A stretch of DNA of 64,000 nt from a virus (lineage: Duplodnaviria; Caudoviricetes). The stretch lies in the IMG/VR virus record IMGVR_UViG_3300032237_000764, positions 32,168 to 96,167 of that record. One strand, written 5' to 3'. The notes beneath the pieces are model-generated. The model was not told where the DNA came from and made no database searches. It worked only from the letters and a program-made list of their open reading frames with translations. The position numbers and the translations under genes are program-made. Below are positions 21,306 through 30,767 of this stretch, in pieces. How positions within the stretch are numbered: position 1 is the first letter of the stretch; the number at the start of each line of letters is the position of its first letter.

Positions 21306-21893
21306 TTACGATGTGCTACCAAATCCACCTTCACCACGCTGTGTTGTATCCAATGCATCAACCAAATAAAACTCAGCATGTTCAACTTTGGTAATTTTCA
21401 ATTGACAAATTTTGTCACCTTTCTTATAAATCTTATCAAGATTAGGTTTTCCTACAATTTTAGAACTGATACCAGATTGATTACCATCTGATGTTGGAAC
21501 ATAAATAAAATCTTCGGGTTGCCAAATATATTTGAATCTTACAAGAATTTCGCCACGATAATCGGCATCAATCAATCCAATACTATTTGCAAGTACAAGA
21601 TTATATTTGCTGACGCTACTGCGTGGCATAGCCAATACATCATAATCAATATCTAATGGACTTGATGTACCACCAGTCCATACTTTATCTTTTTGAACAG
21701 CAATTCGAAGATTAGTTTTATATTGAATATAATCTATACTCTCATATACATTTTTTGATTCTCCGTGTAGTTTACCTACTATTTCAGGGTCACTAGTTGC
21801 GATAATATCGTAACCAGTGGATCTTTCGGTTGCCGCTTTTGGCAGTGCTGCAACATTATTATATGTTTCATTTTTTAATACTTTAATTTTCAT
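21306..21893 (-). CDS. dut: Trimeric dUTPase
   Basis: GYD, PRSS, GLIDADYRGE, RGEGGFGST. Confidence 0.93.
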   Translation of the reverse strand: MKIKVLKNETYNNVAALPKAATERSTGYDIIATSDPEIVGKLHGESKNVYESIDYIQYKTNLRIAVQKDKVWTGGTSSPLDIDYDVLAMPRSSVSKYNLVLANSIGLIDADYRGEILVRFKYIWQPEDFIYVPTSDGNQSGISSKIVGKPNLDKIYKKGDKICQLKITKVEHAEFYLVDALDTTQRGEGGFGSTS

Positions 21894-21934
21894 AGATTGA
21901 TATACTATTGTATAAAAAATTCAGTGTCAATTTT

Positions 21935-22939
21935 TTATTGTGCTGAATTAAATGCATCTGCAAGTTCTGATTGAATTTTTAATTTATCAATCGTTGGAAT
22001 AGGAACACCGATTTTATTGAATGGTTGTTCTTGACCAATCAATTGTTCGGGTTTGAATACACCAAAAGATGGTGATGGTACAAAGTGTTCAATAGTATAA
22101 TCCATTGCTTTGATGAATTGAGCGCACATATTCTTACTATTCAATCCACCTTCTTCACATGCCCATCGACGACCTTCTAATCCTGCGGTTTTACGCTTCT
22201 CTGGACCAGCAAGATACCAATACATAATTGCTTCAGCGGCATCTTCCCAAGTGCAAATATCATCAAAAATATAAGGAGTTGGTGGACTACCTTGAATTGA
22301 ACGAGCAGTAGGATGTACAGGTTTTGCCCAAATACCATGTTTTTTATACTTGCCTGTATTATTGGTTCCAAACTCAGCAGTAAATTCGATGGGATTACCA
22401 TTGTCATTCAATTGACCTATTTGATCTTGTAATCCACCAGTGACATTTACAATAACAGGTGTGCCGCACATAATGCTTTCACAAATACTCAAACCAAAAC
22501 CTTCGTTGCTGCTGATTAGAATGGTTACATTTGCAATATTATACATTGCACACATGTCTTCTGGAGTCATACGACTTTCATCAATAACAACTTTATAATT
22601 TGGACACAATGCTTGAATAACTGCGGGCAAATCAGTACCTGCATCTTGTACTGCTTCAGTATGCAATACCAATACACATTTATCTGCTTGCTCTGGTGTT
22701 AAATTATCACAAAATGCTCGAAATGCCAAAATAGTATTGCTGGTCTTCTTGCGCTGAACATTTCGACTATTGTGAAACAATACAAAGTCAAATTGTTTAT
22801 CTCCAAACAATTGCTTTTTCTTTTCACGTATGCGTTTATCATTGGTGTCCAATGGCTTGAACATTACACTATCAATACCATGTGGTACATAATGTAACAA
22901 ATGTTTATTTACAAATTGATTATTAATTTTAAATGGCAT
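21935..22939 (-). CDS. GT-B (GT4-like) glycosyltransferase, C-terminal part
   Basis: YVPHGID, SRNVQRK, SSNEGFGLS..ES, GGLQDQ. Confidence 0.85.
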   Translation of the reverse strand: MPFKINNQFVNKHLLHYVPHGIDSVMFKPLDTNDKRIREKKKQLFGDKQFDFVLFHNSRNVQRKKTSNTILAFRAFCDNLTPEQADKCVLVLHTEAVQDAGTDLPAVIQALCPNYKVVIDESRMTPEDMCAMYNIANVTILISSNEGFGLSICESIMCGTPVIVNVTGGLQDQIGQLNDNGNPIEFTAEFGTNNTGKYKKHGIWAKPVHPTARSIQGSPPTPYIFDDICTWEDAAEAIMYWYLAGPEKRKTAGLEGRRWACEEGGLNSKNMCAQFIKAMDYTIEHFVPSPSFGVFKPEQLIGQEQPFNKIGVPIPTIDKLKIQSELADAFNSAQ

Positions 22940-22946
22940 AAATTCC

Positions 22947-23540
22947 TTAATATTTTACTAAATTACCGTTTTTATCATAATATCCGTCCACGGCAATACA
23001 ATTTTCTGGCCGTAGAACCCATTTATTAATGTTGTCTGTTTGTTTGCTAATAGCAAATAAAGCATCACAACTTTCATATGCTTGCTTGTTCCACATTGGA
23101 TATGGCAAATCGTCCCAAATATCCAAATAAGTCAATGGAATTTTTTTGCGTATCTGATTTTCAATTGCATACAACCAACCCCAATAACGCGGATCGGTAA
23201 AATGCATAATTGCATCAGGCTTTTCAGCTTCCATCACAGCAAATAGCATATTTTCATTGCCATATCCATCAGTTGGATATAATCGAACATATGCATCTTT
23301 AATTTTTACTTGTTCATTGGTTGCTTGTGACAAATCGACAACTTTACCACTTTCAGGATGTTTGACTGCACCTGCAATTTGTACCCAATCATAATGATGT
23401 ACTGTTCCCAATACCAATTCACGACTCATGGTAGCAATACCCGAATGCATTCTCAATTACAAATCGTCACTCAGAAGAAGAATTTTCTTCTTGTGACGAT
23501 TTGCCGCCTCCTTAACAGCTATGTTTTGTATATTATTCAT
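22947..23540 (-). CDS. GT-B glycosyltransferase N-terminal part, interrupted by an in-frame TAA at codon 28 (TTG-TAA-TTG)
   Basis: ATG 23540 reads MNNIQNIAVKEAANRHKKKILLLSDDL*LRMHSGIATMSRE in one frame; later FTDPRYW and IWDDLP. Confidence 0.78.
23460..23504 (-). promoter_or_regulatory. mRNA hairpin (11 bp + 7 bp) ending exactly at the TTG before the internal stop
   Basis: CAAAUCGUCAC-AAGAAGA-AAAU-UCUUCUU-CUGA-GUGACGAUUUG, followed by UAA. Confidence 0.75.
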
Positions 23541-24536
23541 AATATGTTGTTTAGTATTCCGTTGTCATTGAAAATATGAATTTGATATTCATATCCTGCT
23601 GCAATGGCAGCGTGTTGTTTCAATAACATTTGTTTTTTATGTAAATTGTATGTAAAAATAGATTTTACATCAATTAGTAAATTCTTTGAAGGAATAAAAA
23701 AATCAGGGCAATGCGTCTTAGATTTTCCATTCTCTATATATTTTATTTTTTGGTAATAATTGTCTATCGTTTACAATTTCAAGCTCATTATATGTTTGTA
23801 GTAAACGGTCAAGTTCAAATGGTTCGTATCCCTGACATTTAACAATTTTACCAGATGGTAAAGTATATAACTTCCATCTATATTTTATCGTATTGGAAAA
23901 CTGTGGATTCTCTGCTCCATATTTTTCCATCATGGTTTTTTTGGTTTTTTCTTTTACTTCATCTAGTTGAAATGCATTTTCAACACCATATTTGGTAGAC
24001 ATGGTATTTTTATATGAATTACTTCTTTGTTTGATGTTTTCGGGATTCCATGAATTTTTTATTGACGATGCATTTTTCTTGACTCTTACATCGGTTTGCT
24101 TTGTCAAACCGACATTCCACGCATCAAATGATTTTCTCTTTTCATGGAGAGTGTTATTTTTTACAAATGGACTGGTATGGTTATGTATATAATCATGAAA
24201 TCCCGTTTCTAGATTATTAAATGATGTTTGCATGTTACATCCACATTTGCATAATTGTGGAATATTGTGTAAATAATATTTTAAATAATACACATCTAAA
24301 TATATAGAATGGGTATTTTTCAAATGTCTAGACATGCTATTCGATCCATTTACATTTTTTTGACATATTAAACACACATAACTTTTAATTTGTGGTGTCC
24401 GTTTTCCAATGACAGCGGTAGGAAATAATTTAATATATTCAGTCAATGAAATGTTATGTGCTCGTTTAAGATGAGAACCATTGATTCTGGTTTTCATTTC
24501 TAATTGACACAATTCACATGTAACAACCTTATTCAT
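23537..24536 (-). pseudogene. PD-(D/E)xK homing endonuclease with Zn fingers, frameshifted near 23750
   Basis: C2H2 and CKCGC motifs and KYGVEN repeats. Removing one A from the A6 run continues into HCPDFFIPSKNLLIDVKS, ending at a TGA that overlaps the next ATG. Confidence 0.72.
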
Positions 24537-24691
24537 TTTTTTACTTCGATGCTGCCCGTGATTTGTGCCAATATTGATTTTTCAACAAACTTATTCATTT
24601 TATATCCGTTTTTATCACAAAAAGATTTAAGAATATCTCGTATTTCTTTTGAAATTTGTATTGACCATTTGTTATCAGTATTTCTATTCAC
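24533..24691 (-). CDS. Small ribbon-helix-helix-like protein (absent from ORF track)
   Basis: NKWSIQISKEIRDILKSFCDKNGYKMNKFVEKSI; stop overlaps the HEG start (ATGA). Confidence 0.6.
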   Translation of the reverse strand: MNRNTDNKWSIQISKEIRDILKSFCDKNGYKMNKFVEKSILAQITGSIEVKK

Positions 24692-24885
24692 ACCAATATA
24701 TATCATCAAATCTTAGAAAAGTATGAAAAATCTTATTTATTTTTACGATACGCATTTAAGGTATCCTCAAATTTCGTAATGTCGGTTTTTATATTAGTGT
24801 CTAATAATGACATTTCTATTATTCTAATTTTTTTTTAACACCGGATAATTGTAACTTTAATGAGTTTATTGTGTCTTTTGCAATA

Positions 24886-25125
24886 TTAAACAACCTCCTT
24901 ATTGGTTGATCCGGTGATGTTTAATACGGCAGTTTGAGCCGCTTCACTAAGCTGTGGAATGTTAAAATTGTATATTTGACTACGAAATGTATCGTCATTC
25001 AAATACAAATACATGCATCTATTAACTAAATCTTGTAAGTAAAATTTGTTTTTTACATTCTTGATTTTAAAGGAGTCATATAACTGTTTGTCTACCTTAA
25101 CGGTAGTAATACTATTGTTCTTCAT
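24886..25125 (-). CDS. Small RHH-like DNA-binding protein
   Basis: TTVKVDKQLYDSFK..LQDLVNRCMYLYL beta-alpha-alpha pattern. Confidence 0.55.
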   Translation of the reverse strand: MKNNSITTVKVDKQLYDSFKIKNVKNKFYLQDLVNRCMYLYLNDDTFRSQIYNFNIPQLSEAAQTAVLNITGSTNKEVV

Positions 25126-25187
25126 AAACGTAATACTGTATATCTACATATACGTATATACGTATTTATGATTCTATTTATTTTATT

Positions 25188-26117
25188 TTAGAGAATTTCT
25201 TGTTCAATTTTATCTACTTTACCATCGCAGGTTGACTTATAATGAGCACAATATTTACAATTTTTCTTTGCTTTGCCGGGAATTTTTGGATACTTGACAT
25301 CCATGTTATAGGCTCCTTCCGGTGTAAAACACTCTTGCACAAATTTAATAAATCCACTTAGAGCATCTGAAATAGCAGATTGTGTATGTGTTGGAGTAAA
25401 AGTCTGAATTCGGCTTTGTGGAAACGAAACATTTTCGTAGAGTTTACGCTTTAAAATAAAAAATTCAACTTCAATATCATTGAGATTAACATTGAACTTT
25501 TTGCTGTAAAATGCTTTGTATAGAAGAATTTGACTATATTTTGCTTCATCTTCTTTCATGTAACTGTTCCAACCAACGGCGGCAGTTTTAAAATCGTAAA
25601 TTTTATATTTGCCTGTTTCTTTATCTTTTAATACAAGATCGATGAATGCGATGAAATTTACATTATGTAATATTTCCATATCGAGTGGAACTTCTACACC
25701 AATAAATTCGTATTTTTTGCTTGGAAAGTATTTCATACGATTGGCTGTATTTAGAATGGTTCTAATAATATTGGCACCGTCGTCAATAAACTCCGCTAGT
25801 TCTTCTTCAGTGGGAACATATTTGTCTTTTTCTTTTTCCAATTCTTGGTGTAATTTATCTTTGAAAAGTTGAAATACATTTAATTCTCCAGCCTCGGCAA
25901 GACCTTTGGTATACAAAGCTTCGATATAAGATTGAATTGCATGATGCATTGCGGTTCCAAAGAAGATACTAAGATTAAAATCAGTTTTTCGCATTCCACA
26001 CAAGTAGTTTAGCTTCCATTGAAAAGGACATTTCATCCACATCGAATATTGAGAAAAACTAACCTTTTTCTTTTTGAATTCAGTAATTTCTTGAGTTTGT
26101 TTTATTTCTTCGGCCAT
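25188..26117 (-). CDS. PD-(D/E)xK Cas4/RecB-like exonuclease
   Basis: SFSQY..KCP, FGTAMH, E..FIDLV..IYDFKT, Q..Y, C-terminal CKYC..C. Confidence 0.85.
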   Translation of the reverse strand: MAEEIKQTQEITEFKKKKVSFSQYSMWMKCPFQWKLNYLCGMRKTDFNLSIFFGTAMHHAIQSYIEALYTKGLAEAGELNVFQLFKDKLHQELEKEKDKYVPTEEELAEFIDDGANIIRTILNTANRMKYFPSKKYEFIGVEVPLDMEILHNVNFIAFIDLVLKDKETGKYKIYDFKTAAVGWNSYMKEDEAKYSQILLYKAFYSKKFNVNLNDIEVEFFILKRKLYENVSFPQSRIQTFTPTHTQSAISDALSGFIKFVQECFTPEGAYNMDVKYPKIPGKAKKNCKYCAHYKSTCDGKVDKIEQEIL

Positions 26118-26285
26118 ATGTCAATGACCATACAGTAGAAAATGCAGCGTGTCGATTTATTATGAAACAAAAACTTTTTTTATTTGCCGATTCGTGTTTG
26201 CAAATGATAAAATTATTGTTTTTAACAAAAATAATTGGGTGTAAAATATGTTGACCACGGTATTGTTCTGTGGTAGTTTCGACGC

Positions 26286-26576
26286 ATGAGATTGGAAGAA
26301 TTCAAGTCACTGACAGAAGATGAACTTGCCATGCTATGGTATGTTATTAATAAAACTACTCCTCCTGTATTGAGTGGAGTAGAATTAGAACCCTCTGTGT
26401 TTTGTGCTATTCATCCGCAAGCAATTTGGAATAGAGTGGATCAGATAGAATTGGCAGTCAAAGACGAATATAAATCGATTTATGATTCGTTGCGGCAAAA
26501 ATTAAATATGACTCCGTTAGAAGTTGTTGCACCGACGATAGTTCCAACTCAAATTTCTGGCTCGGAATCGACATAA
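26286..26576 (+). CDS. Hypothetical protein
   Basis: 96-aa ORF after a TTGACC-N17-TAGTTT promoter-like site. Confidence 0.6.
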   Translation: MRLEEFKSLTEDELAMLWYVINKTTPPVLSGVELEPSVFCAIHPQAIWNRVDQIELAVKDEYKSIYDSLRQKLNMTPLEVVAPTIVPTQISGSEST

Positions 26577-26620
26577 CAAATTATTCCGTCGTTTTATGTT
26601 TCGACGTAATATATATTAAC

Positions 26621-27412
26621 ATGGAAGAAATATGGGACGAAAAAAACTTAATAAGACAGAAGAACAACTCCGAGAACAAAAACGCATTCGGGATAAGCGA
26701 TACTATGAACGACACGGTGAAAGAATTAAACAAAAAAGAATGCTTAAATATTGGAAAACAGTGGAAGAAAAATTGTCCTAATTGCAATAAAATGCAGATA
26801 TATAAAAGTAGAAGATCTCATTGGAACGCAAAGAAAAAAAATTCAGTTTGTTTATCTTGTAAAAATTCAGGTACAAATAATCCATTTTATGGAAAGTCAC
26901 ATTCCGATGAATATAAAAATAAACTATCATCGATACAAAAAAGTAAAGGATCGTATAGATATAAAAACACAGGAGGAAATCCTCCTAAAATAAAAAAATG
27001 GTGCATCGTGTGCAACAAACAATATTTTGTTGTAGCTTGTCGAGAAAAATCAAAATATTGCACATATAAATGTGCAACCGTTGACAATTTTGGATTGGGA
27101 AATGGTCGGATGACTTCTCCAGAAATTGAAATAGAACAATATTTAAAAAATAATAATATACAATATAAATACGGCTACGTGTTATGTGGAAAAATATATG
27201 ATTTTTATTTAGTTAAAACAAACATACTTATCGAGGTTGATGGAATTTATTGGCACGGAAAAAATAAATCTGATAATGAGTTGAATGAAGTACAATTAAA
27301 AAATAGAAAAAACGACGCGTTAAAAAACAAAATAGCGGTTGACAATGGTTATAAACTTGTTAGAATTTGGGAAGATGAGGTAAAACATGTATCAAAATAT
27401 TTATATAAATAA
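26621..27412 (+). CDS. Homing endonuclease, NUMOD3 plus Vsr/DUF559-like PD-(D/E)xK domain
   Basis: NNPFYGKSHS; SPEIEI..YDFYL..ILIEVDGIYWH..ND..K..GYKLVRIWE. Confidence 0.82.
   Translation: MEEIWDEKNLIRQKNNSENKNAFGISDTMNDTVKELNKKECLNIGKQWKKNCPNCNKMQIYKSRRSHWNAKKKNSVCLSCKNSGTNNPFYGKSHSDEYKNKLSSIQKSKGSYRYKNTGGNPPKIKKWCIVCNKQYFVVACREKSKYCTYKCATVDNFGLGNGRMTSPEIEIEQYLKNNNIQYKYGYVLCGKIYDFYLVKTNILIEVDGIYWHGKNKSDNELNEVQLKNRKNDALKNKIAVDNGYKLVRIWEDEVKHVSKYLYK
26632..26781 (+). CDS. Small basic MGRKKL-family ORF overlapping the HEG start (copy 1)
   Basis: MGRKKLNKTEEQLREQKRIRDKRYYERHGERIKQKRMLKYWKTVEEKLS; paralogs at 54146 and 58904. Confidence 0.65.
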   Translation: MGRKKLNKTEEQLREQKRIRDKRYYERHGERIKQKRMLKYWKTVEEKLS

Positions 27413-29924
27413 GAAAGATGGGATTATTCATATCTGGGACGATAAACTTGGAAAAATTAACATGCCTCTGAGTGCTGCTAATTATGCATTTCGTAAGCGT
27501 CCCGGTGGACGTTATCGTAGCATTTATGGTGATGAACTAGAAAGAGTTACATTTTTTAATCCTAGAGACCCATCATTGTTTGGTTCAGACATTCCACTTG
27601 AAACCAAAATCTTAATTGATTTGTATGAATCCAGTGATGATGTATCCAAGGGACATCGTATTGGTTGCATCGATATTGAAACAGACAGTGAAGGCGGATT
27701 TCCAACTGTCGAAAAAGGTGATAAGGAAATCACTGCAATTGCATTGTATGATTATGTAAGCGGCAAGTATATTGCATTTCTACTTGATAAAGATCGCCGG
27801 GTAAAAACAGATTTCATTGATGATATTGAAATTATTTCAAGTGACAACGAATATAATCTTTTAAGTAAGTTCCTGAATAAGTGGAATGAACTTGGATTTA
27901 CCATTGTTACAGGATGGAATTGTGATAAATTCGATATGCCATATTTGTATAATCGTATTACAAATGTAATGGGCAAAGAGCATTCAAAACGATTGAGTCC
28001 AATTGATATTTGTTATATTAACGATTGGAGCAAGAGATTGGTGATAGCTGGTATCAGTTGTTTGGATTATCTTGAATTGTTCAAGAAATATTCGGACAAG
28101 CGCGAGCCTTCATATGCACTTGATCCAATTGGTCGTAAATTTGTAGGTATTGGTAAGGTGGAATTTGAAGGAAGTCTCGATCATCTGTATAAGACTGATT
28201 TGGAAAAGTATATTCGTTACAATATCAATGACGTAAAAATTGTTGTTGAATTGGATAAACTAAAACAATATATTGAATTGGCTCGTAAAATTTGTCATAC
28301 TGGACATGTTCCGTATGAGAATTTTGCATGGAGTAGTCGTTACCTAGAAGGTGCAATATTGACATATCTTCGTCGTAACGGTGGTCTTATTGCTCCAAAT
28401 AAACCAATGGAGGGAAAAGAAGAATATGAGCAACGTTTGGAAGCAAACGAAGAAGGATTTGAAGGTGCATACGTAAAAGATCCAATTCCCGGTCGATATG
28501 AATATGTATTTGACTTGGATTTGACCAGTATGTATCCAAAAATCATGATTAGTCTCAATATTAGTCCAGAAACTAAGGTTGGTAAGATTGATAATTGGGA
28601 TGTAGAAGCATATCTATCTGGTACACTTGAAAAGGTGTTTATCGCTGGAAATCCATATACGATTGATGAATTTCATAAATTGCTGGCTCAACAAAATTTG
28701 AGTGTAGCAAGTAACGGTGTACTTTATAAATTGGATAAGAAAGGTGTCATTCCTTCTATATTGAGTCGGTGGTTTGACGAACGTGTTGAGATGCGTAAAT
28801 TGGAAAAGAAGTACGCCAAAGAAAATAACAAAGAAATGTATCAATTTTATAATCAACGTCAATTGGTACAAAAGATCATGTTGAATAGTGCTTATGGTGT
28901 ACTTGGATTGCCAATTTTTAGATTCTATGATAAAGACAATGCAGAAGCTGTTACCAAGAGTGGTGTAACTATTATTCAAACGGCAGGTAAAGCAATCAAT
29001 CAATATTATCAAGATATTCTTAAAGATGATGGAGATTATGTCATTTATACTGATACAGATAGTTGCTTTGCAAGCGCACTTCCTATCATTCAGCGAACAA
29101 TGCCAGAAGTTGATATTAACAATGAAGAGTTAATGATTAAAACCACATTGAAAATTTGTTCAGAGGTACAAACCTTTGTAAATCAAATTTTTGATGTGAT
29201 GGCACTACGAGCATTTAATTTGTCACGTCATGAATTTGAAGCAAAACAAGAAGTCATTGCCAAGAGTTCATTCTGGCTGGCAAAGAAGCGTTATACACAA
29301 TTCATTATTAACAAGAACGGCGTTGAGTGTGATGAACTGGAAATCAAAGGTATCGACGTAGTTCGTACAAGCTTTCCAATTCGATTCAGAAAATTTATGA
29401 ATGACTTTTTGATTGACATTCTTAAAAAGACTGACATGAAGATCATCAATCAGAAAATTTATGATTTTGAATTGACATTGAACGATGTACCGATCATTGA
29501 ACTTGCAAAAAACACAAGTATCAAGTTTGTGAGTATGGATAAAGGTAAAAATTACGATCCAAACAATCGTGTACCATTTAATTTTATATTAGGAACTCCT
29601 GCCCAAGTAAAAGCGGGGCTTGCTTACAATGATTTGCTTGAGTTTTGGAAACTTGACAATAAATATCCAAAACTTATGCATGGTCAGAAAATCAAGTGGG
29701 TGTATCTAATTGAGAATGATTGTGGTATTGATGCATTGGCTATGAAAGCCGACGGCACTGATCCTAAAGAAATTTTAGATTTTATTGAGAAATACATTGA
29801 TCGTAAATTGATGTATACAAAAGAACTCAAAAGCAAATTAGAAGACTTTTACAACGTGTTAAAGTGGAATTATCCAGATCAATACAGTATGAACACAATG
29901 AATATTGTATTTGATTGTGAATAA
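27387..29924 (+). CDS. Family B DNA polymerase (T4 gp43-like)
   Basis: DIET exonuclease I, GWN..FD, DLTSMYP, KIMLNSAYG, YTDTDS, KKRY. Confidence 0.96.
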   Translation: MYQNIYINKKDGIIHIWDDKLGKINMPLSAANYAFRKRPGGRYRSIYGDELERVTFFNPRDPSLFGSDIPLETKILIDLYESSDDVSKGHRIGCIDIETDSEGGFPTVEKGDKEITAIALYDYVSGKYIAFLLDKDRRVKTDFIDDIEIISSDNEYNLLSKFLNKWNELGFTIVTGWNCDKFDMPYLYNRITNVMGKEHSKRLSPIDICYINDWSKRLVIAGISCLDYLELFKKYSDKREPSYALDPIGRKFVGIGKVEFEGSLDHLYKTDLEKYIRYNINDVKIVVELDKLKQYIELARKICHTGHVPYENFAWSSRYLEGAILTYLRRNGGLIAPNKPMEGKEEYEQRLEANEEGFEGAYVKDPIPGRYEYVFDLDLTSMYPKIMISLNISPETKVGKIDNWDVEAYLSGTLEKVFIAGNPYTIDEFHKLLAQQNLSVASNGVLYKLDKKGVIPSILSRWFDERVEMRKLEKKYAKENNKEMYQFYNQRQLVQKIMLNSAYGVLGLPIFRFYDKDNAEAVTKSGVTIIQTAGKAINQYYQDILKDDGDYVIYTDTDSCFASALPIIQRTMPEVDINNEELMIKTTLKICSEVQTFVNQIFDVMALRAFNLSRHEFEAKQEVIAKSSFWLAKKRYTQFIINKNGVECDELEIKGIDVVRTSFPIRFRKFMNDFLIDILKKTDMKIINQKIYDFELTLNDVPIIELAKNTSIKFVSMDKGKNYDPNNRVPFNFILGTPAQVKAGLAYNDLLEFWKLDNKYPKLMHGQKIKWVYLIENDCGIDALAMKADGTDPKEILDFIEKYIDRKLMYTKELKSKLEDFYNVLKWNYPDQYSMNTMNIVFDCE

Positions 29925-29942
29925 ATAAACTGGACAACCTAC

Positions 29943-29993
29943 AACTGCTCGGTTATAGTGTGACGTAACTTATAACCGAGCAGTTTTTCTTTT
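29943..29993 (+). terminator. Intrinsic terminator-like hairpin overlapping a sigma70-type promoter
   Basis: 15-bp arms AACTGCTCGGTTATA / TATAACCGAGCAGTT then a T-tract; TGGACA(29931)-N17-TATAGT(29954). Confidence 0.7.
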
Positions 29994-30764
29994 ATGATTA
30001 AATCTACATTAGAATCAATGATTAAGAAGTATTATCTTGCAAATTTTATGGAAACTTCAATTTGGAAGGTATTAAATGACAAAAAGCAACTACGAATGGC
30101 AGCATGTACTCCAAATTATGTACTGAGTGTAGTAGTTGAACTGAATAACTTTGAAGAAATTCCAACAACCGAGTTTGCGGTAAATGATACCACCAAGTTA
30201 TTGAAGATGTTGAATGCATTGGATGCGGACATCAAATTGTCCGTCAAACAAGACAACAACGGCAAAATTTACAATATTGTAGTAAATTCTGGTAATATTG
30301 AGATGGAATATGTAACCGCTGATATTAATGTATTGCGAGCAAATGAAGTGGTAAAGACCATCAAGAAGGTTAATGAACCTCCGTTTGAAGTAGAAATCGT
30401 GCTTGATAGAGACTTTATTGACACTTATATTGCTAGTACAACTGCATTGTCCGATAGCGAGAATGTAGTGTTTCAAATGAACAAGGATAATAAACTTGAA
30501 ATGGTATTCGGTCATATTCAAGGTGCAAACAAGTCATTAAACACTTCAAAAATCAAATATTTGCCTAAAACCACAAATGATAAAGATACACTTCCATCAT
30601 CACTTGGTTTTAGTTCTGAATATTTGAAGCAAATTTTGGTAGCAAATAAAGATGCTGCCGATACAATTCTCAAATTGGGTGTTACTAAGCCTATGGCAAC
30701 TATTCAATTTACAAGCGGCGACATTGTTGCAACCTATCACGTAACCGGTCTAGCTGTTAAATAA
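29994..30764 (+). CDS. DNA polymerase sliding clamp (gp45-like)
   Basis: 256 aa, between polymerase and clamp loader; EFAVNDTTKLLKML and FSSEYLKQIL clamp-like segments. Confidence 0.72.
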   Translation: MIKSTLESMIKKYYLANFMETSIWKVLNDKKQLRMAACTPNYVLSVVVELNNFEEIPTTEFAVNDTTKLLKMLNALDADIKLSVKQDNNGKIYNIVVNSGNIEMEYVTADINVLRANEVVKTIKKVNEPPFEVEIVLDRDFIDTYIASTTALSDSENVVFQMNKDNKLEMVFGHIQGANKSLNTSKIKYLPKTTNDKDTLPSSLGFSSEYLKQILVANKDAADTILKLGVTKPMATIQFTSGDIVATYHVTGLAVK

Positions 30765-30767
30765 TAT

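Noticed and set aside
25188-26117. CRISPR-associated Cas4
   Set aside because: No cas genes or array nearby; stand-alone Cas4-like exonucleases are common next to phage replication genes.
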